A DNA stretch of 49,931 nucleotides, from the IMG/VR virus record IMGVR_UViG_3300048577_000498, positions 1-49,931 of that record; one strand, given 5' to 3'. The translations under genes were made by a program, and so were the position numbers. Shown here piece by piece: positions 27,380 to 36,744 of the stretch. Below the pieces are notes generated by a model. It was not told where the DNA came from. It made no database searches and saw nothing but the letters and a program-made list of their open reading frames with translations. Origin of the DNA: a virus. Taxonomy: Duplodnaviria > Caudoviricetes. How positions within the stretch are numbered: position 1 is the stretch's first letter; the number at the start of each line of letters is the position of its first letter.

Positions 27380-29475
27380 TTTTCGCGTCGCGCCGCGCTG
27401 GCCTGGGCGCGATCGGCGGCCGAGACCTTCGGCGCCTTACGCTCGAACGGGCTCGCCGCAGCTTCGAACAGATCAGGCGCCGCCGGCTGGCCGTGCACCG
27501 TCAGGAGGAGATCGGCCCAGCGCGCTTCGTTCAGCCGGCGCTTGTGCTCGAGGTGCCAGGCGAGCGCGGTGGCGTAGACCGTTGCGTCGAACCAGTCGTT
27601 GGCGCGGCCGATGATGCGCTTCCATTCCCGCGGCGCATTCGGCCGGATCAGGTTCCGGGCGCGGCGGTTGACGGTCGCGCGGGCTTCCTCGTCGGGATCA
27701 ACCAGGCGCTCGGCCGTGATCTCCTTGGCGAACTCCTCGTCGCACAGGTCCGGCGTCAGGTGCAGCGTGTTGCGCGGCCAGCGGCCGGCCTTGTCCGGTC
27801 CGGCGACCAGGTTGGCGAGACCTGCCACTACTTCGGTTTTGACGTCGTAGTTGCCGACCGGATAGAGCAGCACCTTGGCGATGATGCGCTTGTTCCGGTC
27901 CTTGATGTCCTTCTTCACCGGCGTGCCAAGCCACGGCAGGCCCGGCGCATGACGACCGTCGAGCGCGTAGACATTCGGGCGGCTGGCGCAGAACCGATAG
28001 ACGCGGTCGGTCGCAAAGCCGGAGTCGACGCCGGAGAGGTCGATCCCGATCTCGCCGCCGCCGGCGGTCGGATACTTGCGGCCGAAGGCGTCGGACAGCG
28101 CGATCCAGGGCTCGTCGTCCTGGTCCGGTTTGCCCGCAAACACCTCGCGGTCGATCAACCAGCGCTGGCCGCGGGGTCCGATCGCGTAGACCACCCACTT
28201 GATCCCGTAGCCCTGCACGTCGGCGGCCGACACGATCAATCCCGCCTCGGCAGGGACCCTGCCGCGCGGATAGGGCACGACGCGCACCGCTTCGACGATC
28301 TTCTCCCACTCGATCGCTACGCCGCCGGCATCGTAGGGCTCGGCAAGATCCTGCTGGCAGAACGTCTTGAGCTTGGTGGTGTCGCCCTGCGCGCCTTCCC
28401 AGCGGTCCCAGATGTCGCCGAACCGCTCCTTGGGCGCATAGGCGGCCCACAGGTGGTAGCTCGGCTGCCAGTCGGCACAGCGACCCTCGCAGGGATCGCA
28501 GCGCCAGCGGGCGAGCTCGTCGGGCCTGACGACGTCCGGCACCGGGTCGGCGCCCTCCTTCACCCGGCGAGGAATCCAGACGCCGCCGGCGAGCAGCTCG
28601 TGCTTGTGGCCGTCGAGGATGGCGCCGTCGCACGCGAGGCAGCGGAAATGCGCCGGCAGCTTTTCTGTCTCGTCGGCGCCGCGCATTTGTTCGAACTGCA
28701 GTACCTGGTAGGCCCGGCAGTGCGGACACTGCACGTAGAAGTAACGCTGATCACCGTCCTCGAAGTCGGCGGTGATCACGCATTCGCCGGTCAGACCCGG
28801 CGTCGAACCTTCCCACTCCTTGGCGAGGTCGCCGTACATCTTCTGCCGGGCGCGCGCCTGGTCGCGCGGGCTGCCGCGACCGTCGACATCGCGCGGATAG
28901 CCGGTGACCTCGTCCATGGCCAGATACTTGATCGACACCATCTGCAGGCCCTTCGAGGAGCCCGCGTTGACGATGACGCAGAAGCCGCCGGCATAGCGTT
29001 TGAAGGCGGTGGTCGATGCCTTCTCGTCGCGACTGTTGACCGGCGCCACCTTGTGCCGCCACTTCGTCGAGGCCTCGATCGTCGGGTCGAGCTTGACCCG
29101 GTTGAATTTGGTCGCCTCTTCCAGCGTCGGCAGGAGGATCATCATCGTGCCGGGGGCGCGGTCGACGATGAAGCCGAACCAGTTCTCGATCGCCGTCGAT
29201 TTGCCGAGCTGCGCCGCCCAGCGCGCCGTCACTCGACGCGCCGGATGATCCGGATGCAGGCAGTCCTGGGGTTCGCGCAGATACGGCACCCGATGGGTGC
29301 GGAACTCGCCGGGCCATGGCGAGCCGGACTCGGCCGACACCACGCGGTTGCGATCCGCCCATTCGCTGATCGTCAGATCTTCCGTCGGCCGCGTGGCGGT
29401 CGCCAGGCCGCCGAACAGCACCTTGGCGCCGAGCGGCAACAGCGGGAAACGCAGACGCGGATCGTGGAAGCTCAT
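27361..29475 (-). CDS. terminase large subunit (lambda gpA family)
   Basis: AAQLGKS Walker A, MDEV Walker B, STP, CPHC..Q, ADVQ, DSG, NDWFD. Confidence 0.93.
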   Translation of the reverse strand: MSFHDPRLRFPLLPLGAKVLFGGLATATRPTEDLTISEWADRNRVVSAESGSPWPGEFRTHRVPYLREPQDCLHPDHPARRVTARWAAQLGKSTAIENWFGFIVDRAPGTMMILLPTLEEATKFNRVKLDPTIEASTKWRHKVAPVNSRDEKASTTAFKRYAGGFCVIVNAGSSKGLQMVSIKYLAMDEVTGYPRDVDGRGSPRDQARARQKMYGDLAKEWEGSTPGLTGECVITADFEDGDQRYFYVQCPHCRAYQVLQFEQMRGADETEKLPAHFRCLACDGAILDGHKHELLAGGVWIPRRVKEGADPVPDVVRPDELARWRCDPCEGRCADWQPSYHLWAAYAPKERFGDIWDRWEGAQGDTTKLKTFCQQDLAEPYDAGGVAIEWEKIVEAVRVVPYPRGRVPAEAGLIVSAADVQGYGIKWVVYAIGPRGQRWLIDREVFAGKPDQDDEPWIALSDAFGRKYPTAGGGEIGIDLSGVDSGFATDRVYRFCASRPNVYALDGRHAPGLPWLGTPVKKDIKDRNKRIIAKVLLYPVGNYDVKTEVVAGLANLVAGPDKAGRWPRNTLHLTPDLCDEEFAKEITAERLVDPDEEARATVNRRARNLIRPNAPREWKRIIGRANDWFDATVYATALAWHLEHKRRLNEARWADLLLTVHGQPAAPDLFEAAASPFERKAPKVSAADRAQASAARREKWKKRK

Positions 29476-30089
29476 TGCAGCGGCGCCTCGACCGCGAGGG
29501 TGCCGCCGTGCTCGGCCGCCATGTCGCCGCGCTCGAAGCTGTCGAGCTGCTTGAGAATCTCGCGGTGGAACACGTCCGTGCCGCGCCGGGCGAATGACTT
29601 CAGCACCAGGCGCGTCACCCGCTCGTCCCAGCCGTACTTGACCGACGCCGTCGCTGCCTCTGTGTCGATCGCGCGGTCGAAGGCGGAGAGCATCAAGGCG
29701 ACCGCGTCGCGCGCAGCCTTGTCGACCTCGGCGACGATCGTCAGCTCGCCGCGACGCTCGGCGAGATCCATCTCGCGCATCTCGGCTTCGGCCTGCGCTT
29801 TGCGCGCCGTGGCGTTGGACTGAGAGCCGGCGAAACGAGGCGCCTGGTCCGGCGCGGCCTCCGGCGCCGCCACCACGGCCGGCGCTGGCTTGCGCAGCCG
29901 CACGTTCTCGGCGCGGTGCGCGGCGAGCGCGGCGTAGTCGACCAGGTTGGCCTTGCCGGCCCGCCGTGTCGGCAGCGCCTCGCCGTGCTGGCTGATGTAG
30001 CGCGACAGCGACGAGCGATCGACGGCGTCGCCGGCCGCGGTGAGCCGCGCCGCCGCTTCCGTGATCGAGATCCACTCGCCGTCGTTCAT
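29472..30089 (-). CDS. terminase small subunit (Nu1-like)
   Basis: N-terminal HTH, coiled coil ending RRGEL; ATGA overlap with TerL. Confidence 0.75.
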   Translation of the reverse strand: MNDGEWISITEAAARLTAAGDAVDRSSLSRYISQHGEALPTRRAGKANLVDYAALAAHRAENVRLRKPAPAVVAAPEAAPDQAPRFAGSQSNATARKAQAEAEMREMDLAERRGELTIVAEVDKAARDAVALMLSAFDRAIDTEAATASVKYGWDERVTRLVLKSFARRGTDVFHREILKQLDSFERGDMAAEHGGTLAVEAPLQ

Positions 30090-30232
30090 TTACGTGTGCG
30101 TCCCGTGCAGTTTCACGTGTGAAAACACGCGTGAACGTGTACCGATTTCCAATTGACCTACTGCCCAAATCCCGCAGTCGCGCGCGCCCGTGGGTGGTCT
30201 GGGGCGGGGAAACGGTCCCTAAATGGGGGGGG
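30090..30232. other. putative cos/packaging initiation region
   Basis: Intergenic stretch upstream of terS with repeated CACG/CGTG elements, near-palindrome TTTCACGTGTGAAA and a G7 run; position matches lambda cos. Confidence 0.45.
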
Positions 30233-30802
30233 TTAGCCGATCAGCTTCTTGATCGCGGCCTCGACGCGCTCTTGCAGGAGCAGGGCGGCGATGCGTTCGA
30301 ACGCCGCCTTAGTGGCGCCCGTTGTCATTTCGGTCGGGATGAACATTCCCGACCGCGCTTGGGTGATCTGGGTGCCCGAGGTGTTCAGGCGCCGATAGAC
30401 ATGGCCGTCGAACTTCGGCACCGGCTTGCGATTCGGAAAGCGCCCGCCCTTCATGAAGGTGCCGGCGAACAGCTGCCGTCTTCCCCAGGGCTGCGCCGTG
30501 ACGCCCGCCCTCGTCTCCCGCGGCGCGAGATATTTGAGGCGGATGTTTCCGCCGCGCGTCACCATCTCGTACGACAGCCGCGCCGGACCGGCGCGTCGTG
30601 GGTCACCGACAGCCTTGACGATCGTGGCGCGCGGCAGGCCCGTCTGTTTCGTCAGGTTTCGGATGACCTGCGTCTTGGCACGGTCACCCACCTGATTGAC
30701 GATACGCGGCAGCACGACGGGGAAGCGGGTCTTGAGTTCGACCAGCTTCTTTCCGAAGCGCTTGACGTTCTGGTCTGCCCAACGGGCGCGCAGCTCTGCC
30801 AT
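30233..30802 (-). CDS. lambda gpZ-like minor tail/neck protein
   Basis: Basic 189 aa protein with G.F..G and V.RR motifs; assignment by recognition only. Confidence 0.55.
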   Translation of the reverse strand: MAELRARWADQNVKRFGKKLVELKTRFPVVLPRIVNQVGDRAKTQVIRNLTKQTGLPRATIVKAVGDPRRAGPARLSYEMVTRGGNIRLKYLAPRETRAGVTAQPWGRRQLFAGTFMKGGRFPNRKPVPKFDGHVYRRLNTSGTQITQARSGMFIPTEMTTGATKAAFERIAALLLQERVEAAIKKLIG

Positions 30803-30816
30803 GCTACCCTATGCCC

Positions 30817-30852
30817 AAAAAGCAAAAGCCCCGGCGCGAGAGCGTCCGGGGC
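30817..30852 (-). terminator. intrinsic terminator between the nusG-like gene and the late operon
   Basis: GCCCCGG/CCGGGGC stem followed by TTTTGCTTTT on the minus strand. Confidence 0.65.
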
Positions 30853-30887
30853 TGGGCACGAGCCGACAAAAGCGTGACTCGGGGTGG

Positions 30888-31514
30888 TCACCGCTTGGCG
30901 ATCTGGTCGAGGTCGAGTTCGACGGGGGTCGGACGGCCGAAGATCGCTGCTTCAAGAATCACCCGTCTTTTCGATTCGTCAAGGTCCTGGATCACGCCGT
31001 CGAACGAAGCAAAGGGCCCGTCGGCAATGCGGACGGTTTCGCCGAGCGCGTAAGCGACCCGTTCGATTGGCGTCTCCAGCGGGATGGCGCCGCCCTCCTC
31101 GAGATTGAGAAGTGCCTGCACCATGCTGTCGGCGACGACATGCGGCAGGTTGTCGTTGAACACCAGGCCGCGAAGCCGGCTCAGTTCGAAGATCTCATGC
31201 CAGCGTTTCACCAGCGGATTGAAGCGCACGAACAAATATCCTGGGAAAAGCGCCGATGTCACCGGATAGGCGTAGCGTTGAATGTGCTTGCGCTGCTTCA
31301 CCGACAGCGTACGGGCCGGCGGCAGCTTCATCTCGCGCATGAGCGGATAGTAGGTCTCGTAGCCGTCGCGCTTAAGAATGTCGCGCGCCGTCGAAATATG
31401 GCGCGCCGACCCGATAGTGAGAAACCACGCCGGCTTGTTCTCGTTCGCGGCCGGACCCATGCCGGCCGGAGCGCCGCGCAACACGCTCTTCATTGCACCC
31501 ACGTTCGCCGCCAT
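30888..31514 (-). CDS. NusG-family antitermination factor (NGN + KOW)
   Basis: LFPGYLFV and GETVRIADGPFASFDG...IFGRPTPVEL. Confidence 0.9.
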   Translation of the reverse strand: MAANVGAMKSVLRGAPAGMGPAANENKPAWFLTIGSARHISTARDILKRDGYETYYPLMREMKLPPARTLSVKQRKHIQRYAYPVTSALFPGYLFVRFNPLVKRWHEIFELSRLRGLVFNDNLPHVVADSMVQALLNLEEGGAIPLETPIERVAYALGETVRIADGPFASFDGVIQDLDESKRRVILEAAIFGRPTPVELDLDQIAKR

Positions 31515-31596
31515 CGCCTCATCTCCTATGCCGCCGCACCCGAACGCTCCGGGAAAATTTCCCCCAGCGTTCCGTTTCCACCTTCCGCAAGTCCAC

Positions 31597-31854
31597 GGGA
31601 GGATCGAAAAATCCTCCCATCGCCAGTCAGCCCAACAAAACACTCAACAGTTCAAAGCCTTAACTCCCTCTCATGGGAGGAACGGGAGGAACGGGAGGAT
31701 TATTCGTCTCTCAACGCACATGCCCGCCTCGCGCCCGCGCGCAGTGAGTCCGCATCCGAAAAATCCTCCCGTGCCGACGCAATCCTCCCGTTACCCATGA
31801 AATCAATGACTTGCAGCGGCCGGCATCCTCCCGCGAACGGGAGGAACGGGAGGA
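31597..31854. repeat. GGGAGGA iteron cluster (putative replication origin)
   Basis: Ten copies: direct at 31597, 31675, 31684, 31693, 31839, 31848; inverted at 31612, 31764, 31783, 31826; A-rich tract about 31634-31663. Confidence 0.75.
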
Positions 31855-33819
31855 TCAGAACAGGAGATCGTCATCGTCGCTGCCCCGCCGGTGATCGTTG
31901 TCGGGCGCTGCTTTTGCGTTGTCGCGCAAAGGCTTGCCCTCGTAATCGACGAAATCATTGACCGACTTGACGAGCTTGACGCCGATCCAGAACATCGACG
32001 AGATTTTGCGACTTTCGAAGCCGCGATCGGTGAGCGCCACGGAGAGCGACTTCACCGAGTAGGCCGGCCCGCCATTGACCCGGGCCCAGGCGATGTAGGT
32101 CGCGTGCATCTCGGTGACCGCGGTCTTGGTGTCCGTATCGGCCATCACCACGCAGTCTTCGAGGAAGCGGCCGACGTCGTCGCTGTCGCGGCGATAGGCG
32201 GCGGTCGCCGCTTCGATCTCTTCGCCGAGCACTAGGCCGTGTTCGAGCCAGTCGCGCAGGCCATCGAGCAGCCGGTTCAAGATGCCGCTCGCCTCGTCGC
32301 GCAGCTTGGCGCCGAGCTGGCGGTCGCGCTGTTCGGGTGGAATGAAAGCAAGCCATGGCACCAGCGTCATGCGACCCCAGATGCCTTCGTCGCTGCCGCC
32401 GATCTTGGGCTTGTAGTTGCACGCGATCGTCAGCTTGAACTGGGGGAAGAAGGTGAAGAAGCCTTTGTTGAGGTCGCGGGCATCGATCGGGTCGCCGCCG
32501 GTGACGCGCTTGATCAGCGCCTCACCGAGCTTCGAGCCCTTCTCGGGCTCGCCCGTGCGCAAGTAGCGCACACCCGGCAGCTTGGCGAGGTCGGGCGTGG
32601 CGGCGCTGCCGCTCTTCTGGATCGGGTTGGCCAGGAAGGTTTCGACCGGCACCGAGTCGGCATAGTCGCCGGCCACGTAGGCGCAGGTCTCCATGAGGAC
32701 GCCCTTGCCGTTGCGGCCCCGTCCCCAATAGACGACCATTCGTTGCTCGGACACGTCGCCAGTCAGCGAAAGTCCGTGCCACTGCATGATGAAGCGGCGC
32801 TGGCGCTCGTTGGGCTGTACCTGCAGGAGATAGCCGTCAAATTTCGGGCAGGTCGCACTCGGATCGTAGGTGACCGGCGAAATCTTGGTGATCATGTCGG
32901 CCGCGTCATGGGCCTTGAGCACGATCAAGGGTTCGTCGGGCGGACATGCTTCCGGCCGGCGCACCACCAAGGTGCCGTTCGCCACGTTGATCATCAGCGG
33001 GTCGGCGTCGAAGGCCTTCATGGGCACTTCGAGCATGCCCTTGGCGCGCTTGTTCATGGGCGAGAGGCGCGCCGACATCTCGGAGTCCCGGCCCCATTTG
33101 CGCAGCTTGCCGGCAAGCGCGATCAGTTCCTCGCGGTGTTTCTTGCGCTCCGTCGCCACCTTCTTCTTGGCCCGCTTGGCGTCGGGGTCGACGACGTTGC
33201 CGCCGCGCTTATCCTCGATCATGGGCGCGAATTCGTCCGCCTGGGCGAGGACGGCCTTGGCCTCCTCCTGGACCATGCGCACGGTTTCGTGTTCGGCGCG
33301 CAGCACGTAGCCCTCGGCGCCGTCGCGCGACCAGCGCTTGCCGTCGAAATACAGCCATCCCAGGCCCTGGCACCATTTCAGGCGATCACCGAAGCGGGCG
33401 ACGAAGCGCTCCACATTGCCGAGGTCCGTCTGCGGCAGCCAGGCCAGCCGCCGGTTCAATTCGTCGCCGCCGCGCCCGCTCCCCTGCCCGCTAACTTTTT
33501 CGCCCAACTCTCCCGTTCGGGAGCTTTTTTTCACGCCCGCCGACGAGGAAGCGGCGACGCGCAAAGGCGCAGGCGCGGCGGCGCCGGACGGCGCGGGAGG
33601 ATCGGTGTCAGCGGGAGGAGCGGGAGCGCCTGCGGCGACGGGAGGGTCGGCGGGCGCAGCGCCATGCGCAGGGGAAGGATCGATCGGCGCGGCCGCCTGG
33701 CGGCGGCCGCCGGTCTGGTTTGCTTTGGGACGCGCGCGTGGGCGCGCGTCCGGCTGCTGCGGCGCCTCGACCGGTACGGCGGCGTCGATGATCGCGGCGA
33801 TGATTTCGAAGGAATTCAC
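31855..33819 (-). CDS. P4-family/D5-like SF3 helicase
   Basis: TDLGN..RF, INVANG, GRGRNGKG Walker A, IKRVTGGD, CNYKP, GIWGR. Confidence 0.92.
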   Translation of the reverse strand: MNSFEIIAAIIDAAVPVEAPQQPDARPRARPKANQTGGRRQAAAPIDPSPAHGAAPADPPVAAGAPAPPADTDPPAPSGAAAPAPLRVAASSSAGVKKSSRTGELGEKVSGQGSGRGGDELNRRLAWLPQTDLGNVERFVARFGDRLKWCQGLGWLYFDGKRWSRDGAEGYVLRAEHETVRMVQEEAKAVLAQADEFAPMIEDKRGGNVVDPDAKRAKKKVATERKKHREELIALAGKLRKWGRDSEMSARLSPMNKRAKGMLEVPMKAFDADPLMINVANGTLVVRRPEACPPDEPLIVLKAHDAADMITKISPVTYDPSATCPKFDGYLLQVQPNERQRRFIMQWHGLSLTGDVSEQRMVVYWGRGRNGKGVLMETCAYVAGDYADSVPVETFLANPIQKSGSAATPDLAKLPGVRYLRTGEPEKGSKLGEALIKRVTGGDPIDARDLNKGFFTFFPQFKLTIACNYKPKIGGSDEGIWGRMTLVPWLAFIPPEQRDRQLGAKLRDEASGILNRLLDGLRDWLEHGLVLGEEIEAATAAYRRDSDDVGRFLEDCVVMADTDTKTAVTEMHATYIAWARVNGGPAYSVKSLSVALTDRGFESRKISSMFWIGVKLVKSVNDFVDYEGKPLRDNAKAAPDNDHRRGSDDDDLLF

Positions 33820-34070
33820 CGCTCGTTCCTACCCTCATAGGCCCGCACCAGCGTCAGAATGCCGTCCGCAACTTCGATGGCGCGGACGCAGGTACGCGGT
33901 TCGCCAAGCTCCTGGCGGCGCTCACGCGCTCGCTTTGCGCGTTCCTCGCAATCGCATTCTCCACCATAGGCGAAGGCGCAGATCCGGTAGGCGATCGCCG
34001 TGCGGGCGTCGACGTGGTCGAGCTCGGCGACGCACGGCAGGAGGCCGGTATGGCGATCGAAGGCAACCAT
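33816..34070 (-). CDS. small Cys-rich hypothetical protein
   Basis: 84 aa, five Cys; overlaps the helicase start. Confidence 0.5.
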   Translation of the reverse strand: MVAFDRHTGLLPCVAELDHVDARTAIAYRICAFAYGGECDCEERAKRARERRQELGEPRTCVRAIEVADGILTLVRAYEGRNER

Positions 34071-34079
34071 CGGCGTGGC

Positions 34080-34310
34080 CTACTTTCCGATATTGCGCAG
34101 CGCCGCGGCGATGGCAACCGCGGTGTGCGGCGGCAGCGATACGTAGGGTGGCGACACGTTCGTCAAGAGGAGATCGCCGTCGCGGGGCTTCCAGGGGTCG
34201 AACGGGCACCATCCGTCACGTATCCGGCGCGCTCCGTAGGCGCGAGCAAGCTCGTCCTTGTAGCGGGTCTTTCCCGTCGCAGGTCCGCCGTAGATCACCG
34301 TGATGCTCAT
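34080..34310 (-). CDS. small protein with P-loop-like motif
   Basis: VIYGGPATGKT in a 76 aa ORF. Confidence 0.55.
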   Translation of the reverse strand: MSITVIYGGPATGKTRYKDELARAYGARRIRDGWCPFDPWKPRDGDLLLTNVSPPYVSLPPHTAVAIAAALRNIGK

Positions 34311-35482
34311 GCCGCCTCCTTCACCATCTCGTCGAAGTCCTTATCCGCCGGCGCCCATGCGGTGCGCACCTTGCGGCCGTCCCGCGCGTAGCGAGCGGTG
34401 GCGCGAGCGAGCGCGCATTGCGTCGTGAAGCGGTCGGAGGTCGAGTCGCCCAGGAGCACCAGGTCGGTGACGCTGTCCGGGATCTCGATCGCGGGCGCGG
34501 CGAGATCGGGCACCGGCCCGGGTACGCGTTGCGGTCGGCCCTTGTCGCTCTTGAGCGAGGGGTGAGCCCAGGTCGCCGCCGACTTGCCGCCGAGATTGCC
34601 AAGGTCGACGGAGGTCCAGAACGCCGTCGATGTAAGATCGCGGCCGACCCTCTCGAGCGCCAGACCGACCGCCCGCACCTTTTCGATGCCCTCGCCGAGG
34701 ATGAGCGTCGTCGGCGCTTCGACCTTGATCAGCTCGATCCAGTAGCCTTCTTTCGAGCCCCTCACCTTCTTGGCCGGCAGAGGCTCGCCGGCGGCGTCCA
34801 GGAGGTGGAGCTTGCCGTTCGGCCGGGAGAGGTCGAGATAGGTGAAGTGTAGCCCGCGGAATCGGCCATCGGCGCCGACGATCGGCGCCACCATGGCGGG
34901 GGCGCGGGCGAGGATGTCGCCGCGATCGGCGCCCTGGCTATAGTAGGGCATTTCCCGCACTAGTCGCAGCCGTGAAGGCACGGCGACGTCGACGCCGAGG
35001 CGCAGGCGCAAATAGGCCTTGAGTATGTCGGCGTCGGGGATGGCGCGGTGCCAGATGTCGTAGAGCCGGCCGCGCTCGCGCTCCCGATAGGCGGCCTCGT
35101 CGGCCTGGCGCTTGGCCGCTGCGGCGGTGCGCGCGGCCGCCTCCTCGGCAAGCCGCGTCTGGTCGTCGTCCGAAAGCTTGGCCTCGCGATCGGGCGGCGG
35201 CTCGCCGTTGATGAACTCGCATGCGGTGACGAAGTCGAGCGAGCGCGCCATCATGACGAGCCCGATGCCGTCCCCGCCGCCGCACTTCCGGCAATTGTAG
35301 ACATTCTTGGTCAGGTTGATGGCGAAGCGGTCGTCGCCGCCGCAGCCCGGGCGCGGACACGGGCCGGCGAGCTCGCGCGGTGCGATCTTCTTCAAGCTGA
35401 GCTGCAGCATGCGGGCGACGTCGTCGATCGGCCGCAGCGCCGCGCGCTCCTTCCAGGCGTCGAAGGCCAGGTCGGAGATCAT
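34307..35482 (-). CDS. P4-alpha-type zinc-finger/Toprim primase
   Basis: GPCP..CGG.DRF...CRKC..GDGI zinc domain, LGEGIE and LGD.. Toprim motifs. Confidence 0.85.
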   Translation of the reverse strand: MISDLAFDAWKERAALRPIDDVARMLQLSLKKIAPRELAGPCPRPGCGGDDRFAINLTKNVYNCRKCGGGDGIGLVMMARSLDFVTACEFINGEPPPDREAKLSDDDQTRLAEEAAARTAAAAKRQADEAAYRERERGRLYDIWHRAIPDADILKAYLRLRLGVDVAVPSRLRLVREMPYYSQGADRGDILARAPAMVAPIVGADGRFRGLHFTYLDLSRPNGKLHLLDAAGEPLPAKKVRGSKEGYWIELIKVEAPTTLILGEGIEKVRAVGLALERVGRDLTSTAFWTSVDLGNLGGKSAATWAHPSLKSDKGRPQRVPGPVPDLAAPAIEIPDSVTDLVLLGDSTSDRFTTQCALARATARYARDGRKVRTAWAPADKDFDEMVKEAA

Positions 35483-35697
35483 GACGGCTGGCCTAAAAGG
35501 TGATTCAGAGCGCGGGCGAGCAGTTCGGAGTCGTGCTTGGCGTCGCTATTGTCGTCTTCGTCGACAGAACAGATGCGATGGTAGGTGTCCGGGTTCGTGT
35601 CCCAGAGCTCGTAGCTGATGTAACCGTCGTCGCGATCCTGCCGCTGGACGTCGACCGGTCCGACCGTCACCGGCCGCCTGAAGTGCTTGCCGCTCAT
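35479..35697 (-). CDS. hypothetical protein
   Basis: ATGA-coupled ORF in the early operon. Confidence 0.55.
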   Translation of the reverse strand: MSGKHFRRPVTVGPVDVQRQDRDDGYISYELWDTNPDTYHRICSVDEDDNSDAKHDSELLARALNHLLGQPS

Positions 35698-35732
35698 ATT
35701 CCCCAACCCCCTTCAGTTGATTCAGGCGCGAC

Positions 35733-36017
35733 CTATTCCCCGTCGTGGTCGATGCGCTGCTGGGTCGGATCATCGTCGGGGCCGACGAGGAACATCCACG
35801 GATGTTCGTTCACGGCCTCGCGCACCACCTCATCGGCGACGTCGAAGGCGATCGCCGCCTCGCGCACCGTGCACGGCTCGTCGCCGGGCCGCATCCACGT
35901 CCACACCTGCAGGGCGGTGAGGAAGTTGCCCCACGGGACGCCCGCCTCCTCGCCGTCGGTGAAGAAGTCGCGTCCGTAGCGCTCTCGTCTCGGGTCGCTC
36001 GTGTCCACCATCGTCAT
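35733..36017 (-). CDS. hypothetical protein, possible HTH
   Basis: TVREAAIAFDV...VREAV; coupled to the upstream gene. Confidence 0.6.
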   Translation of the reverse strand: MTMVDTSDPRRERYGRDFFTDGEEAGVPWGNFLTALQVWTWMRPGDEPCTVREAAIAFDVADEVVREAVNEHPWMFLVGPDDDPTQQRIDHDGE

Positions 36018-36430
36018 CGCCCTCCGCCCTTGAGCCGATCCATGATCCCCTTGTCGGCCATCACCCGGTCGACGAGCCGCGCCAGGCTGCGCAGCGCCAC
36101 GGCGCGGCGCAGGAGCCCCATGTGCGGCTCGGCCGGCGTCACGGCGCCGCCGGCGACCATGCGGCCCGCCATCGCCACGGCGGCGTCGACGGAGTCCTCG
36201 ATGCGCGAGGCCTCGGCGAGCGCCGCTTCGCGCATCACCGCGAGGGTGACGCCGCATTCCGCCGGCGTCTTGCAGGCGGGCTCGGCGGCGCCGGCGAGGC
36301 CGCAGCGGCCGCACCAGTGGCGCCCGTCGTAGTGTCGCGCCTCGCACCGGAAAGGATCGGCCGGATTGATTGGACCGCCGGTCGGGATGGCGCGTCCCCG
36401 TGGCGCACGCTCCGGAAAATCGCCGCTCAT
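36014..36430 (-). CDS. hypothetical protein with CxxC motif
   Basis: WCGRCG; ATGA overlaps on both sides. Confidence 0.55.
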   Translation of the reverse strand: MSGDFPERAPRGRAIPTGGPINPADPFRCEARHYDGRHWCGRCGLAGAAEPACKTPAECGVTLAVMREAALAEASRIEDSVDAAVAMAGRMVAGGAVTPAEPHMGLLRRAVALRSLARLVDRVMADKGIMDRLKGGGR

Positions 36431-36744
36431 GCGCGCACCCTTTCAGCTTCTGCCGACTCGAGACGGCCTTCGACGCGCAACTCGATCACGTCGCCGACGT
36501 CGATGATGCCGGCGGCGGTAAGCCACTCCTCGACCACCTGGCGGACCTGGTCGCGCGCCTGCCGGGCCGAGCCGGCCGGGCCGGTACGGCGCGGCCAGTC
36601 CGACAGCGCGACCGTCCACGAATAGCGAGGCCGGCCGGCGGCGGCGCCCTCGTGCACATAGCCGACGCACACCGTGCCGAGCCGCAGGGCCTCGACCCCG
36701 AGGCGCTGCGCCGTCACGGCGAGCACGGGTGCGCGGGCGGTCAT
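36427..36744 (-). CDS. hypothetical protein
   Basis: ATGA overlap with the RT stop. Confidence 0.55.
   Translation of the reverse strand: MTARAPVLAVTAQRLGVEALRLGTVCVGYVHEGAAAGRPRYSWTVALSDWPRRTGPAGSARQARDQVRQVVEEWLTAAGIIDVGDVIELRVEGRLESAEAERVRA

Noticed and set aside
8550-29823. Long plus-strand ORFs (8550-11099, 11487-13478, 16277-17935, 27493-29823 and others)
   Set aside because: They are antisense shadows of well-supported minus-strand genes, expected at high GC, and show no motifs.
29476-30168. 935-aa terminase from the track
   Set aside because: The upstream part is an alternate frame of terS; the ATGA overlap supports a start at 29475.
31597-31854. CRISPR array or Shine-Dalgarno cluster
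   Set aside because: The units are 7-9 nt, in both orientations, with no regular spacers, no adjacent starts and no cas genes.
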